Assembly: GCA_038321985.1 (NCBI GenBank)
Contig: JBBQFN010000027.1
Span: 9,325-73,324, forward strand
DNA length: 64,000 nucleotides
DNA from: Cyanophyceae cyanobacterium
GTDB lineage: Bacteria; Cyanobacteriota; Cyanobacteriia; Cyanobacteriales; Laspinemataceae
Direction of reading: 5' to 3'
Shown: positions 23,768-34,449 of the stretch, in pieces
Position numbering within the stretch: position 1 is the stretch's first letter
Layout of the letters: each line of letters begins with the position of its first letter
The notes under the pieces: model-generated
The model's input: only the letters and a program-made list of their open reading frames with translations
The model's database searches: none
Told to the model about the DNA's origin: nothing
Program-made: the position numbers and the translations under genes

Positions 23768-24574
23768 ATGTTGCTGACGACTAGCATCCTCGCTCGAAAT
23801 AACGTTAATCTGCTGGGTCAGGGCAGTCAAACGATTATTTTCGCCCACGGATTTGGGACGGATCAAACCGCGTGGCACAACCAGGTTAAGGTATTCGAGT
23901 CAAAGTATCGAATCGTATTGTTTGATTTAGTCGGCTGCGGTCACTCCGATTTATCCGCTTATAGTCCGCGCCGCTACAGTAGTTTGTACAGCTATGCTGA
24001 GGACCTACTGGACTTGTGCCACGAGATCAAACTTCAAGAGTGTATTTTTGTGGGTCACTCCGTGAGTGGGATGGTGGGGGTACTGGCGGGATTATCCGAC
24101 CCGAAACGCTTCAGGCAACTGATTTTATTAAATTCATCTCCGCGCTATCTGAACGATCAGGGATATGTAGGGGGATTCGAGCAATCTGATCTCGATGGAG
24201 TTTATAGGGCAATGTCCTCGAATTATCACGCATGGGCCAGCGGTTTTGCCCAGTTAGTGATGGGGAATCCGGACAAACCAGAATTAGCACTCGGCTTTGC
24301 CAAAACCCTGCAAGCGATGCGTCCCGATATTGCGGTAGCCACGGCCAAAACTATATTTCAGTCCGACCACCGGGCGGACTTACCCGGCCTGCAAGTTCCG
24401 ACGGCCATACTTCAGTCCACCCACGATCCAGCCGTACCCACAGCAGTCGGGGAGTATATGGCCGAAAAATTTTCTAACAGTACACTCATTCCCATCGTCT
24501 CGGATGGACACTTACCCCACTTGAGTACACCAGAAAAGGTATCAAAGGCGATCGCATCATGTTTTTCCACTTGA
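23768..24574 (+). CDS. RsbQ/KAI2/D14-like alpha/beta hydrolase
   Basis: RNNV, FAHGFGTDQTAW, GHSVSG nucleophile, SPRYLND, GHLPHLS; likely ATG 23768. Confidence 0.92.
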   Translation: MLLTTSILARNNVNLLGQGSQTIIFAHGFGTDQTAWHNQVKVFESKYRIVLFDLVGCGHSDLSAYSPRRYSSLYSYAEDLLDLCHEIKLQECIFVGHSVSGMVGVLAGLSDPKRFRQLILLNSSPRYLNDQGYVGGFEQSDLDGVYRAMSSNYHAWASGFAQLVMGNPDKPELALGFAKTLQAMRPDIAVATAKTIFQSDHRADLPGLQVPTAILQSTHDPAVPTAVGEYMAEKFSNSTLIPIVSDGHLPHLSTPEKVSKAIASCFST

Positions 24575-27273
24575 GTCGGGTTGCTCGGTTTTCTCAAGCC
24601 GAACAACTTCGTCCAGACCGCTTACCCAGGTTTGCACCAGCGGTTTTTGAGTCTATCGGAGTCCTGTTGCTAGTAGGAATATTTCTGGGATGGACTCCAG
24701 TTTGGCCCGTCGCCTTGACTTTATTGATAGTCGGAATTTTCCGACCTGTCTTGACAGTTCCGGTCTCCATTGTGGGAATTGCGTTAGTTTCCCTGCTAAA
24801 ACTCCAACCCTGTGAGGGAATATTTCCTTATGCCTATTGTTTTGCCTTGGGGGGGGTAGCATTTTTAGGGATAGGACTGGGGAAATTTTTGCGCCAGGTG
24901 GAATGGCAGTTAGCGCTGCAATCGATGTTACTCCAATTAGCTGAGACTCAGGCCGCAGCAACCCCGGAAACGGTTTTGACTCATACATTGAGCTTACTTT
25001 TGATCCTAGCGGATGCAGATGCAGTGATTGCCTTGCGACAACTAGATGAAGTCACCGCAGAAGCCATAGTCTGTCTGCCACCGACCGCATTACGGGACAA
25101 ATTCACCTCTCCCCGGCTGTTTGCCGAGGCGATCGCCTTAAATCGCTGCTTGTATTATCCGGATTATCCCACCCAACCGGGAGCAGTTCGGAGTTTAATC
25201 GCCGCAGGTACTCAGTCTCTGGCAGTTTTGCCCTTGCAGCCTACAGTTATGGAAGGGGCTGGGGCTATATGCGGGGGCATTTTGATTATTTGGTCTCGTC
25301 CCATCACCATCAATCCCAATCTAAAACGCTGTCTGGAATCCCTGCGCGGGGAACTGCGAATGTTGCTTCAGTTTCAAGATACAACTTTGCGACTGGAAGA
25401 GACGAAAATCCGCCTGGGGGCGATTCTTGAAACCATTCCCCAAGGGGTGATTTTTGTAGATGACAGGGGGGAACAGAGTTGGATCAATGCCAGTGCTGCT
25501 GAACACCTGGATTTGCAACCCGGAGAAATTGAACCGTTGAAAATTGCCCTAGCAATGGCGAAGTTGCGATCAAATGCGGAGAATCAGGAAGCCATCTGTA
25601 CTCAAGCGGCGCAATTGTTCCAAGAACCTGCGGCGGACATTCGGGATTGGCAGTGGGTGTTTACAAAACCCGAGCGCAAAGTGTTAAGTGTATCTGTTAC
25701 GGCCACTCGGATTCGCAATGTCCCGGGTAGGCTGTGGATACTAGATGATATTACCGATCGCTACTGGTTACAGCAGGCATTGCTAGACCGCAGTCAGGAT
25801 TTAGCCCAAGCGAATGAAGACCTCCAAGATGCCGCCAGCCAACAGTCTTTGTTGTATCGACAACTGAGAATAGCCAATGCGGAACTGGAAAAGTTAGCAA
25901 CCACCGATGGATTAACCGAGATTGCCAATCGCCGCACATTTGACGCGGTGTTAAAAGAGGAATGGAAGCGGGGATTGCGATCGCTATCTCCCCTGTCTGT
26001 GATTTTGATTGATATTGACTTTTTTAAACGCTATAACGATACTTACGGACATCAGGCCGGGGATGAATGCCTCAAAAAAATTGCCCAGATCGTGGCCTCT
26101 GTTGTCAAACGCCAAGGTGATTTAGTTGCCCGTTATGGTGGAGAAGAATTTGTGGTCGTGTTACCCGCTACGAATATAGCCGGAGCTCTCAAGGTGGCGG
26201 AAGAAATTCGACGGGCGGTTGAAGAAGCGAGTTTGGATCACCAGACCTCAACGGTTCGAGAAATTGTTAGTCTGAGCCAGGGGATTGCCAGTATTGTACC
26301 GCGACTGGATGGAATGCCGGGGGAACTGGTCGCCGCTGCTGATGAAGCACTCTATTGTGCCAAAAGTCGAGGTCGCGATCGCTATGTTGTATTTGATCGC
26401 AAAATGCAAGACCGTTCTATTGCCATCCTACAAGTAGAAATGGAAAAGGATTTACGCCTTGCTATTGAGCGGGAAGAATTTTGCTTGCACTACCAACCGA
26501 TCGTCTCCCTAATTGATGGAGAAATTGTGGGATTTGAGGCATTAGTGCGGTGGAAACATCCTCAGCGCGGGTTGATATCTCCCGCCGAATTTATCCCGAT
26601 CGCTGAAGAAACAGGGTTAATTACTTCAATGAGCTGGTGGATTTTCCATGCAGCGTTTTGCCAGTTGCGGGAGTGGCAATTACGATTCCCCCATCATCGC
26701 AACTTGAGCATGAGCATTAATCTTTCGGGAAAGCAGTTAGAAAAAGTCGGGTTGGTGGAGCGTCTGTATAGGATGGTGCAGGAGGTTGGGGTTGCTTCCT
26801 CCTCGATTAAGCTGGAAATTACGGAAACATCGTTAAAGGATACTCCCGGTTTAGGGGCGATTCTCAATAACCTTAAGGCGGTGGGATTTCAATTGGCGAT
26901 CGATGATTTTGGTACCGGATATTCTTCCCTAAGTCGTCTGCATCAGTTTCCCATCGACACCTTAAAAATTGACCGGTCTTTTATTAATCAAATGAGCCGC
27001 AATCAAAAAGGATTAGCTATTGTAGAAGCCATCCTTCTTTTAGCACAACACATGAATATTACAACGATTTCTGAAGGCATTGAAACCATCGGCCAACTCG
27101 AACAATTACAAACCTTGAACTGTGAATTTGGACAGGGATATTTATTCTCCAAGCCTTTAGAATCTAACGCCGCATTTGCGCTTCTGACTAAAAAAGTTAC
27201 CCCACCCCATTTAAATTGCATATCGGTTCCTTTTTGTCAACGCCCTCTGGATGGATTAATTGTACCCGAGTAA
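24559..27273 (+). CDS. Membrane-anchored GAF-PAS-GGDEF-EAL protein
   Basis: N-terminal TM helices, ETIPQGVIFVD (PAS), RQGD I-site plus RYGGEEF, EALVRW, DDFGTGYSS. Confidence 0.93.
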   Translation: MFFHLSRVARFSQAEQLRPDRLPRFAPAVFESIGVLLLVGIFLGWTPVWPVALTLLIVGIFRPVLTVPVSIVGIALVSLLKLQPCEGIFPYAYCFALGGVAFLGIGLGKFLRQVEWQLALQSMLLQLAETQAAATPETVLTHTLSLLLILADADAVIALRQLDEVTAEAIVCLPPTALRDKFTSPRLFAEAIALNRCLYYPDYPTQPGAVRSLIAAGTQSLAVLPLQPTVMEGAGAICGGILIIWSRPITINPNLKRCLESLRGELRMLLQFQDTTLRLEETKIRLGAILETIPQGVIFVDDRGEQSWINASAAEHLDLQPGEIEPLKIALAMAKLRSNAENQEAICTQAAQLFQEPAADIRDWQWVFTKPERKVLSVSVTATRIRNVPGRLWILDDITDRYWLQQALLDRSQDLAQANEDLQDAASQQSLLYRQLRIANAELEKLATTDGLTEIANRRTFDAVLKEEWKRGLRSLSPLSVILIDIDFFKRYNDTYGHQAGDECLKKIAQIVASVVKRQGDLVARYGGEEFVVVLPATNIAGALKVAEEIRRAVEEASLDHQTSTVREIVSLSQGIASIVPRLDGMPGELVAAADEALYCAKSRGRDRYVVFDRKMQDRSIAILQVEMEKDLRLAIEREEFCLHYQPIVSLIDGEIVGFEALVRWKHPQRGLISPAEFIPIAEETGLITSMSWWIFHAAFCQLREWQLRFPHHRNLSMSINLSGKQLEKVGLVERLYRMVQEVGVASSSIKLEITETSLKDTPGLGAILNNLKAVGFQLAIDDFGTGYSSLSRLHQFPIDTLKIDRSFINQMSRNQKGLAIVEAILLLAQHMNITTISEGIETIGQLEQLQTLNCEFGQGYLFSKPLESNAAFALLTKKVTPPHLNCISVPFCQRPLDGLIVPE

Positions 27274-27395
27274 AAAAGAAGGGAAAACTCTAAAAAAAGA
27301 AAATAATGTGGGTAGCTTGTAGAAGGAAACACTTTGTACAATCAAGGGTGAATGGTTATATCCATACGGAACCCCTGTGGGAGAGCGAAACCTAG

Positions 27396-29543
27396 ATGAA
27401 GCCCCTCTTTTGCAGTAACGGACATGATAATTTCCCGGGAAGTCGCTTTTGCCAGTCCTGTGGCGAACCTTTAAAGGTTCTAAGTGCAGAGGGAATCTCA
27501 ATAGAAGCCATTTTTGCGGGAACCATCGTGGGCGATCGCTACCGAATGGTGCGAGAACTGGGTCATGGGGGCTTTGGACGCACTTATCTAGCTGAAGATA
27601 TCAATCGCTTTAACGAACGATGCGTCCTCAAAGAATTTGCCCCCAAGGTTCAAGGCACCTACGCCCAACAAAAGGCGGAGGAACTTTTCGCACGGGAAGC
27701 GGGGGTCCTCTATCAACTCCAACACCCGCAGATTCCTAAATTCCGGGAACTGTGTCGATCGCCGGTGGGGGGTCGGAGTCGGTTATTTTTGGTCCAAGAC
27801 TATGTAGAGGGTCAAACCTACCGAAGTTTAGTCTCCCAACGCCGTCAACAAGGGCAGAAATTTACCGTTGCAGAAGTGACCCAATTACTGCAACAACTTT
27901 TGCCTGTCTTGGATTACATCCACTCTCGCGGGGTGATTCATCGGGATATCTCCCCAGATAATCTTATTTTCAGAGATTCCGACCAATTGCCGGTTTTAAT
28001 TGATTTTGGTGGGGTGAAGCAAGTCGCCGCCCAGGTGGAGTCCCAAGTGATGGCACCGCCAGTGATTAGTTCTCCGATGCCAGTGGCAACCCGGCTGGGC
28101 AAGGTGGGATATGCACCGGAAGAACAGATGATGCTGGGCCAAGTGTATCCTCACAGCGATTTCTATGCCCTTGGGGTGACGGTTTTGGTCTTGTTAACCG
28201 GGGAGGAACCCCAGCCATTTTTTGATCCCCAGGGGTTGAGTTGGGGGAAAGATGGACTTGGAGAGATTCCAGAGGGTTTGGAATGGGTTTTGAAAAAAAT
28301 GTTGGTCCGTCGGGTGGGCGATCGCTTTCAAAGCGCAACTCAGGTATTGCAGGCGATCGCGGCAGTCCAATCCACCGGGACCCGAGGCCCTCAGTCTCAA
28401 CCCCCGGCACCCCCTCCCCTGGAAAATCAGGTCCAACCCGAGACCCTGTTTCCAACGGAACTGCCCCCAGAGAGCATTTCAGTACCCGGATCCGTGAGGT
28501 CGGGGCCTTTATCCCCCTCCCCCGCAACAATGGCGGAGATACCGGGAAGTGCTGCGGTTACCGGAATTCCGCCATCTCGACTGAGGCGACTACCCTGGTG
28601 GGCGAGTCTGTCATTGGTGATAATGCTGGTTGCAGCTGCCGGAGGTGCGGGTTGGTGGGGCGGCAAACAGTGGGTTAAATATCATCCCACGCCATCTTCG
28701 GGCTCTACCCAGAAACCGGATTTATTTGAAGATGTTGATCCGGAGTTGGCGGAATTTGCTTCCCGTTATTCCCCGGAAGAATTGGCGCGTAAAGAAGCGT
28801 TGCGCGATCGCCGAGAACAACTGGGGATTTCCTATGAGTTTTACGTCAATCTGGTGAATGAAGCATTTTATGAACGATACCCCACCCAACGAGGGATTCT
28901 TCTAAGTTACGACCCCTTAGATGAAAAGTGGCGATCGCGCTGGGATGAATTAGCAACTGAACTGCTAGATTATCTCGCCACGTTAAGTGACCAAGCGCGG
29001 CGCGGTTTGGGGACCTATGACCACCAACAGCGCGATCGGGCATCAATGGCTGTTAATCGCTTGCAACTGAGTAGCCGTTCTCTCTATGATTTAGCGGATG
29101 CTCAATTTTTCTATCAGTTTCCTGAACAGAAAGGGATGGATTTTATTAACCAACCCGTCGGCCAAATCTGGCAGGCGATCGTTGCGGATCAACTCACTGC
29201 TTTAGAACAGGGGGAAACTCTCCAAACCATTCAATTTTCCCGCGGTCAATTTCGACATCAAGTCAGTGGCATACTCGCTCCTGGCAAGGGAAAAGCCTAT
29301 ACTGCGCATCTATCTAAAGGCCAAATTCTCCGCTTGTCTTTATACGCCCAGCAAGGCATCCGCATTTCCCTTTATCCTCCTAATAGCACCACAACAGATT
29401 CACTCTTGGAAGATTCTTCGGAACAATCGTGGAGTGGAATTTTACCTGAATCGGGTCACTACGAAATTATTATAGTATCCGATGGTAAGGAGTCAGTTTC
29501 TTATCAGCTTAATCTCGCCGCCGATCGCGTAACTTCGGAGTAA
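27396..29543 (+). CDS. Hanks-type Ser/Thr kinase with N-terminal zinc ribbon, TM helix and extracytoplasmic domain
   Basis: LGHGGFG, VLKE, HRDISPDN, DFG, APE; Pro-rich linker. Confidence 0.96.
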   Translation: MKPLFCSNGHDNFPGSRFCQSCGEPLKVLSAEGISIEAIFAGTIVGDRYRMVRELGHGGFGRTYLAEDINRFNERCVLKEFAPKVQGTYAQQKAEELFAREAGVLYQLQHPQIPKFRELCRSPVGGRSRLFLVQDYVEGQTYRSLVSQRRQQGQKFTVAEVTQLLQQLLPVLDYIHSRGVIHRDISPDNLIFRDSDQLPVLIDFGGVKQVAAQVESQVMAPPVISSPMPVATRLGKVGYAPEEQMMLGQVYPHSDFYALGVTVLVLLTGEEPQPFFDPQGLSWGKDGLGEIPEGLEWVLKKMLVRRVGDRFQSATQVLQAIAAVQSTGTRGPQSQPPAPPPLENQVQPETLFPTELPPESISVPGSVRSGPLSPSPATMAEIPGSAAVTGIPPSRLRRLPWWASLSLVIMLVAAAGGAGWWGGKQWVKYHPTPSSGSTQKPDLFEDVDPELAEFASRYSPEELARKEALRDRREQLGISYEFYVNLVNEAFYERYPTQRGILLSYDPLDEKWRSRWDELATELLDYLATLSDQARRGLGTYDHQQRDRASMAVNRLQLSSRSLYDLADAQFFYQFPEQKGMDFINQPVGQIWQAIVADQLTALEQGETLQTIQFSRGQFRHQVSGILAPGKGKAYTAHLSKGQILRLSLYAQQGIRISLYPPNSTTTDSLLEDSSEQSWSGILPESGHYEIIIVSDGKESVSYQLNLAADRVTSE

Positions 29544-29691
29544 TATAGCGTTCGGGCGATCGCCGACACTGGCCTAACCCCCTACCTCTCCCCGGCCCTC
29601 TCCTAAGAGCAGAGGGAGGGATGCCGTCCCTACCAACGGAGTTGTTAGACGATTTTCAAGGGTTGCAGAAATCGCCTGGGGTGAGCTATGT

Positions 29692-32574
29692 TTATTCTTC
29701 CTCCCCAAGCGCACCGATCGCGTCGTCAAACTTGTTGATGATATCAAGTAATTTTGAGACCACTCGCGCAAATACTTTTTTACGCTCTAATAATTTTGGT
29801 TTTTCATTGCAAGCACTCAGCACGGTTTCTCTGAGTGGCTCTTTTCCAGAGAAGTGATAATCAGCAATCATTTGATTAACCACGTCGATTTTTAAATTTT
29901 CTGTCTGACAAAATTCCTCAATTGCGGTTATCCGTTCTTGAGTCCAGAAGTCCTGAAAGACCCCTTCGATTTTTTCTTCTGGGTCAAGGGTGGGTAATCG
30001 CTCCTCGATAAATTTCTCCAGTAAATCCCGTTTGCTGCGTAATTGAGCTTCTTTGCCAATCAGTTCCAGGATAGAGGCTTTCTGGCTCTGGTACTCTTCT
30101 GACGTGACATCGGTTTGCCGATCGCGCTGGAGTTTACCCAGGAGATTGAGGATATAGGAAACATTGATTTCATCTCTCTGGATCAGTTCCAATTCAAAAT
30201 CGACTTCCTCCACCAAAGATTCTTTTTCTTCATCGGGTTTTGAGCGCGTTCTGTCATAGATATCCAGATACTTGCTCTTATAATCTTCAAAAGTTTGTTC
30301 ATCTAAGTTTAAATCAGAAAAACTAAACTCAGTGAATGATTTACTCACATTTAACAAACGGATGAGATTCCGAAAAGCCTTGACAAACCCTACTTGTTGA
30401 TCTTCACTAATTAATTTATTGACATCATTGGGAATGGTGGCGATCGCCCTCAGTTCTTGAACCCCTTGGTTAAATTTTTCCACCTGATATTCATAGGGTT
30501 GAATAAAAATTTCTTCCTTGGCGTTTTCATCGGAGAAAAGCATAACGGCTTCGTCTGTATTCTCCTTGAGGTTGCGGAAACAAACGATATTTCCCTGGGA
30601 TTTTAGTTCGCCTAATATACGATTAGTGCGGGAGTAGGCTTGAATCAGTCCGTGATATTTGAGATTTTTGTCAACGTACAGGGTATTAAGTTTTTTGACA
30701 TCAAACCCCGTGAGGAACATATTAACCACCAGGAGAATATCCGCCCGTTCTGCATCTGGGGCATCTTCCCGATCGCGGTCCTTCATCCGTTTAGAAATAT
30801 CTTTATAGTAGGCATAGAATGCTTGACTATCTTTCGCAGAATGTTGGGTGGTGTACATCTGGTTATAGTCCGCGATAAATTCATTCAGCTTGTCCCGGCT
30901 ATGGTGGCGGCGACTGATATCCGTGGCAATATTAAAATCCGGTTCGCCAATCAGTCCGTTGGCTTCCTCGTCTTCTTCGTTGTCAATGGGAGTAAAGATA
31001 GTGACCACGCGCAGATCGTGTAATCCCTGTTGTTTTTTGGCTTTAAATATCTCGTAATAGGTGATTAGGGTATTTACACTGCTGACGCCGAACATAGCTG
31101 AGAACTTTTTGCCGTGGGTTTTCCGCTGATGGTTTTCAATAATCCAGTCCACAATCAGGGAAAGGCGATCGGGGTTTTCAAAAAACTCCCGATCGCCCTT
31201 TGGCTCAGTAATTATCGTGCCGTCTTTGCGTTTCAGCTTACCCCAATACTCTACGGAAAATTTAAGGACATTTTCATCGGCGATCGCATTGGTGATCACA
31301 TATCGGTGCAAGCATTCTGTAAATAAAGAGGCCGTCGATAGTTTTAAGCCATCTTTCACATAGACATTTTTCTCCGCAAAAATCGGCGTGCCGGTAAAGC
31401 CAAACAGTTGGGCATTTTGGAAAAAGCGGGTGATCTTGCGGTGGGTTTCGCCAAATTGGGAGCGGTGGCACTCGTCAAAGATAAAGATAATCCGTTGGTC
31501 TCGTAGAGGAGCCATATCCGCTTCATGGCGTTGGGAACTGATTGCGCGGTTAAGTTTTTGGATCGTGGTGACAATCAGAGAACTATCCCCGGACATTTGT
31601 GTAACGAGTTGTTGGGTATTGTCTGTGGTGTCAACGCAATCGGGGCTAAAATAGTTAAATTCTTTACTGGTTTGATAGTCGAGGTCAGCGCGATCGACCA
31701 CAAACAGCACTTTATGAACTGTGGGAAGTTGGGTGAGAATTTGGGCAGCTTTGAAGCTGGTGAGGGTCTTGCCGGATCCGGTGGTATGCCAGATATAGCC
31801 GTTTTTGTCGGTGTTTTTGACGCGCTCAATAATGGCTTCAACGGCATAATATTGGTAGGGACGTAACACCATCAGCACTTTATTAGATTCGTGCAGGACG
31901 ATGTATTTACAGATCATTTTGGAGAGGTGGCATTTTTCCAAAAAGCGATCGGCAAAATCGTCGAGGTTGGTGATCAGGGTATTGCCTTGGTCTGCCCAAT
32001 AGAAGGTTTGTTTATAGTCTTGTTTGCGGTTGTTGGCGTAGTAGCGAGTATTGACCCCGTTGGAAATCACGAAGATTTGCACATATTGAAAGAGTCCATT
32101 GTCTGCGCCGTAGGAGTGGCGTTGGTAGCGGTTGATTTGGTTGAAGGCTTCTTTAAGTTCGAGTCCTCGGCGTTTGAGTTCAATTTGGACGAGGGGTAAG
32201 CCGTTGATCAATAAGGTTACGTCGTAGCGGTTTTTGTAACTGCCCTGGTTGGTAATCTGGTTGGTGACTTGGTATTGATTTTGGCACCAATGTTCTGTAT
32301 TGAGAAATTCTAGGTAACAGGTGGTACCATCGTCGCGCCTGAGTTCCATTTTGTCGCGGAGGCGTTTGGCGCGATCGAAAACATTGCCTTTGTCGAGGTG
32401 ATTGAGGATGCTTTTAAATTCGGTGTCGCTGAGGGTGATATCGTTATGTTTTTCGAGTTGGGTTTTCAGGTTGGCGGTGAGTTCGGCGGCATTGCGGATT
32501 GTGACAGGTTCATAGCCCAGTCTGGCAAGGCGTTCAATCAGGTTTTGTTCGAGTTGTGCTTCAGATTGTGGCAT
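29692..32574 (-). CDS. hsdR: Type I restriction enzyme R subunit
   Basis: YD...INGLPLVQIELK nuclease motif, HTTGSGKT, DECHRS, FTGTP, QAYSRTNR. Confidence 0.97.
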   Translation of the reverse strand: MPQSEAQLEQNLIERLARLGYEPVTIRNAAELTANLKTQLEKHNDITLSDTEFKSILNHLDKGNVFDRAKRLRDKMELRRDDGTTCYLEFLNTEHWCQNQYQVTNQITNQGSYKNRYDVTLLINGLPLVQIELKRRGLELKEAFNQINRYQRHSYGADNGLFQYVQIFVISNGVNTRYYANNRKQDYKQTFYWADQGNTLITNLDDFADRFLEKCHLSKMICKYIVLHESNKVLMVLRPYQYYAVEAIIERVKNTDKNGYIWHTTGSGKTLTSFKAAQILTQLPTVHKVLFVVDRADLDYQTSKEFNYFSPDCVDTTDNTQQLVTQMSGDSSLIVTTIQKLNRAISSQRHEADMAPLRDQRIIFIFDECHRSQFGETHRKITRFFQNAQLFGFTGTPIFAEKNVYVKDGLKLSTASLFTECLHRYVITNAIADENVLKFSVEYWGKLKRKDGTIITEPKGDREFFENPDRLSLIVDWIIENHQRKTHGKKFSAMFGVSSVNTLITYYEIFKAKKQQGLHDLRVVTIFTPIDNEEDEEANGLIGEPDFNIATDISRRHHSRDKLNEFIADYNQMYTTQHSAKDSQAFYAYYKDISKRMKDRDREDAPDAERADILLVVNMFLTGFDVKKLNTLYVDKNLKYHGLIQAYSRTNRILGELKSQGNIVCFRNLKENTDEAVMLFSDENAKEEIFIQPYEYQVEKFNQGVQELRAIATIPNDVNKLISEDQQVGFVKAFRNLIRLLNVSKSFTEFSFSDLNLDEQTFEDYKSKYLDIYDRTRSKPDEEKESLVEEVDFELELIQRDEINVSYILNLLGKLQRDRQTDVTSEEYQSQKASILELIGKEAQLRSKRDLLEKFIEERLPTLDPEEKIEGVFQDFWTQERITAIEEFCQTENLKIDVVNQMIADYHFSGKEPLRETVLSACNEKPKLLERKKVFARVVSKLLDIINKFDDAIGALGEEE

Positions 32575-32580
32575 GGTGTC

Positions 32581-33273
32581 CTACTCTTCATTTAACATTG
32601 CTTGTTCATCAAGGAAATCTTGTAGACGAATTTCATAATCTTCATAGTAAAGAGCGTAAAGTGCTTTGCTATAAAGTAGTTTTCCATCTAAGGGATATTC
32701 TTCGTCGAGAAAATCATTGAATTCTGCGTTATTTTCATATTTAATCAAGTCTTCTTCCTCTTGGGCTATCCTCTCAAGCTCCCCTGCTTTTTTGGTTAAA
32801 TCAATCGCAAAAAATGAACCCAAGGTATAGCGGAGTAAGCTATCCGTAATTTCCATGATTAATCTTGACAATTCAATATCACTTTGCAGGGTCTTGGGAA
32901 CTGCTCTCCCATGAGAAATATCACCTCTAGCATTTCTCAAGTTGGCAATGGTTTGAGCTAACCCAGAGCATGAACCCGTAAAAGCATCTTCATAAATATC
33001 ATCATTTTCTTTCAGCAATTTGATAGCTCTTTTAAATTGATTATGAGCACGACATTCGTTATTGTCCGTGTCTAACTTTTTAGAGTCTGCATTTTTATCT
33101 AATCTTAAAATAATAGTTTTTGAAATTCCCTGGATTAAAGATAAACAACACTCAATAGCAATATCAGGATGAGGTTCCTGGTTGCGTTCAGCCTTTTCTA
33201 TAATCGGAATGTAATATTCAAAATCGGGAAATTGATCTAGATTTCGGGTGATTAGACTTTTTAAACTTTCCAT
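32581..33273 (-). CDS. Abortive-infection C-terminal (Abi_C)-like protein
   Basis: AIECCLSLIQGISKTI and LRNARGDISHGR patterns; AT-rich; between hsdS and hsdR. Confidence 0.7.
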   Translation of the reverse strand: MESLKSLITRNLDQFPDFEYYIPIIEKAERNQEPHPDIAIECCLSLIQGISKTIILRLDKNADSKKLDTDNNECRAHNQFKRAIKLLKENDDIYEDAFTGSCSGLAQTIANLRNARGDISHGRAVPKTLQSDIELSRLIMEITDSLLRYTLGSFFAIDLTKKAGELERIAQEEEDLIKYENNAEFNDFLDEEYPLDGKLLYSKALYALYYEDYEIRLQDFLDEQAMLNEE

Positions 33274-33282
33274 AACACCTCA

Positions 33283-34446
33283 CTACACAAATAGTTTTTG
33301 CAGTAAGCCTTTTTTAAATTTTTCGATTTGGTCGATTTGCCGGGTGAGGGTTTCGATTTTGCGATCGATGGCGGTTAGGAAATTGGCAATTTTTTCTTGC
33401 TCTTCAGGCAAACTTGGAAAAATAATGGGCAATTTCTTTATTTGTGTCCCTGTAATCAAGGGTTGCCCCGACCCAAATACCATTGAATTTAAACGTTTTA
33501 TTTCAAGCTGTGTTCTAAGTAAATATACATTGTTTGGGCTTTTTACTTTGACGATAATCGTATTATCTGTCACTCCATAAACTCCACTTGCATGAGAAAT
33601 CTTCCCAGCATTTGCTCCAACCCTAGCTATGAGAATAGCTTCCCCTGAATAGTCTCCCATTTCTGACTTGCCAATGATTCCAGTTGATCCATAAACAGGA
33701 TAATCACCAACCTCTTTGATTGCTTTAGAACGTCCTGAAGATACGCTGTCTACAATATCCTCTAACTTTTTCTTTTCCCAAGGTGGGAAAGGGGAGCCGT
33801 CGGGTTGGGTGAAGCGGATTTGTTGGGAGAAGAGTTTTTGCATTACACCGCGTTTGTAGGTTTGCAGGTGTTCCCGTTTGCGGCGGAGTTGGTTGAGGCG
33901 CGTATCCACTGCCCCCAAAAAATTCGCGATCTTCTCTTGTTCTGCGATCGCAGGTAAGGGGATTCTGTACTGTTTTATTAATCCGGCTGATAGGTTTTTC
34001 TGAGAACCATCATTTGATAGTAGTCTTAAATGCTCGTATTCCCCAGATAGAAAATGATAGATAAATTCTGGATTATAATTATCGTTTAGAGTGATAGCTG
34101 CACAAGCCTGATTAGTTGTTGCCTCTATTCGCAAAATAGACACTTGCCCACGAGTTTTACCCTGTCCATACATTGCCATCAAAATTGTATTTTTCTCAAA
34201 AATCTTTGCCGAAGAATTTTCTAACCCTTTTGGCGTAATTTTTTCAGTGGTGTCAAAAATTTCAGGTTGACCAACTTCACGGGTTGTAACCCAAGGAATA
34301 TCTCCACCCCAAAAGCTGGGTTCTGTTCGACTAGGAGTTCCACCCGATGATACTGAAGCAATTTCTTCAATAGTTAAAATTTTCCAATCTCCTCGAAATT
34401 CCGGAAATCTCAATCTAGGCACATTTTTCTTTAACTTCTTACCCAT
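33283..34446 (-). CDS. hsdS: Type I restriction enzyme S subunit
   Basis: VPRLRFPEF, SGGTPSR, two EQEKIANFL conserved repeats, KGLLQKLF. Confidence 0.96.
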   Translation of the reverse strand: MGKKLKKNVPRLRFPEFRGDWKILTIEEIASVSSGGTPSRTEPSFWGGDIPWVTTREVGQPEIFDTTEKITPKGLENSSAKIFEKNTILMAMYGQGKTRGQVSILRIEATTNQACAAITLNDNYNPEFIYHFLSGEYEHLRLLSNDGSQKNLSAGLIKQYRIPLPAIAEQEKIANFLGAVDTRLNQLRRKREHLQTYKRGVMQKLFSQQIRFTQPDGSPFPPWEKKKLEDIVDSVSSGRSKAIKEVGDYPVYGSTGIIGKSEMGDYSGEAILIARVGANAGKISHASGVYGVTDNTIIVKVKSPNNVYLLRTQLEIKRLNSMVFGSGQPLITGTQIKKLPIIFPSLPEEQEKIANFLTAIDRKIETLTRQIDQIEKFKKGLLQKLFV

Positions 34447-34449
34447 TAC

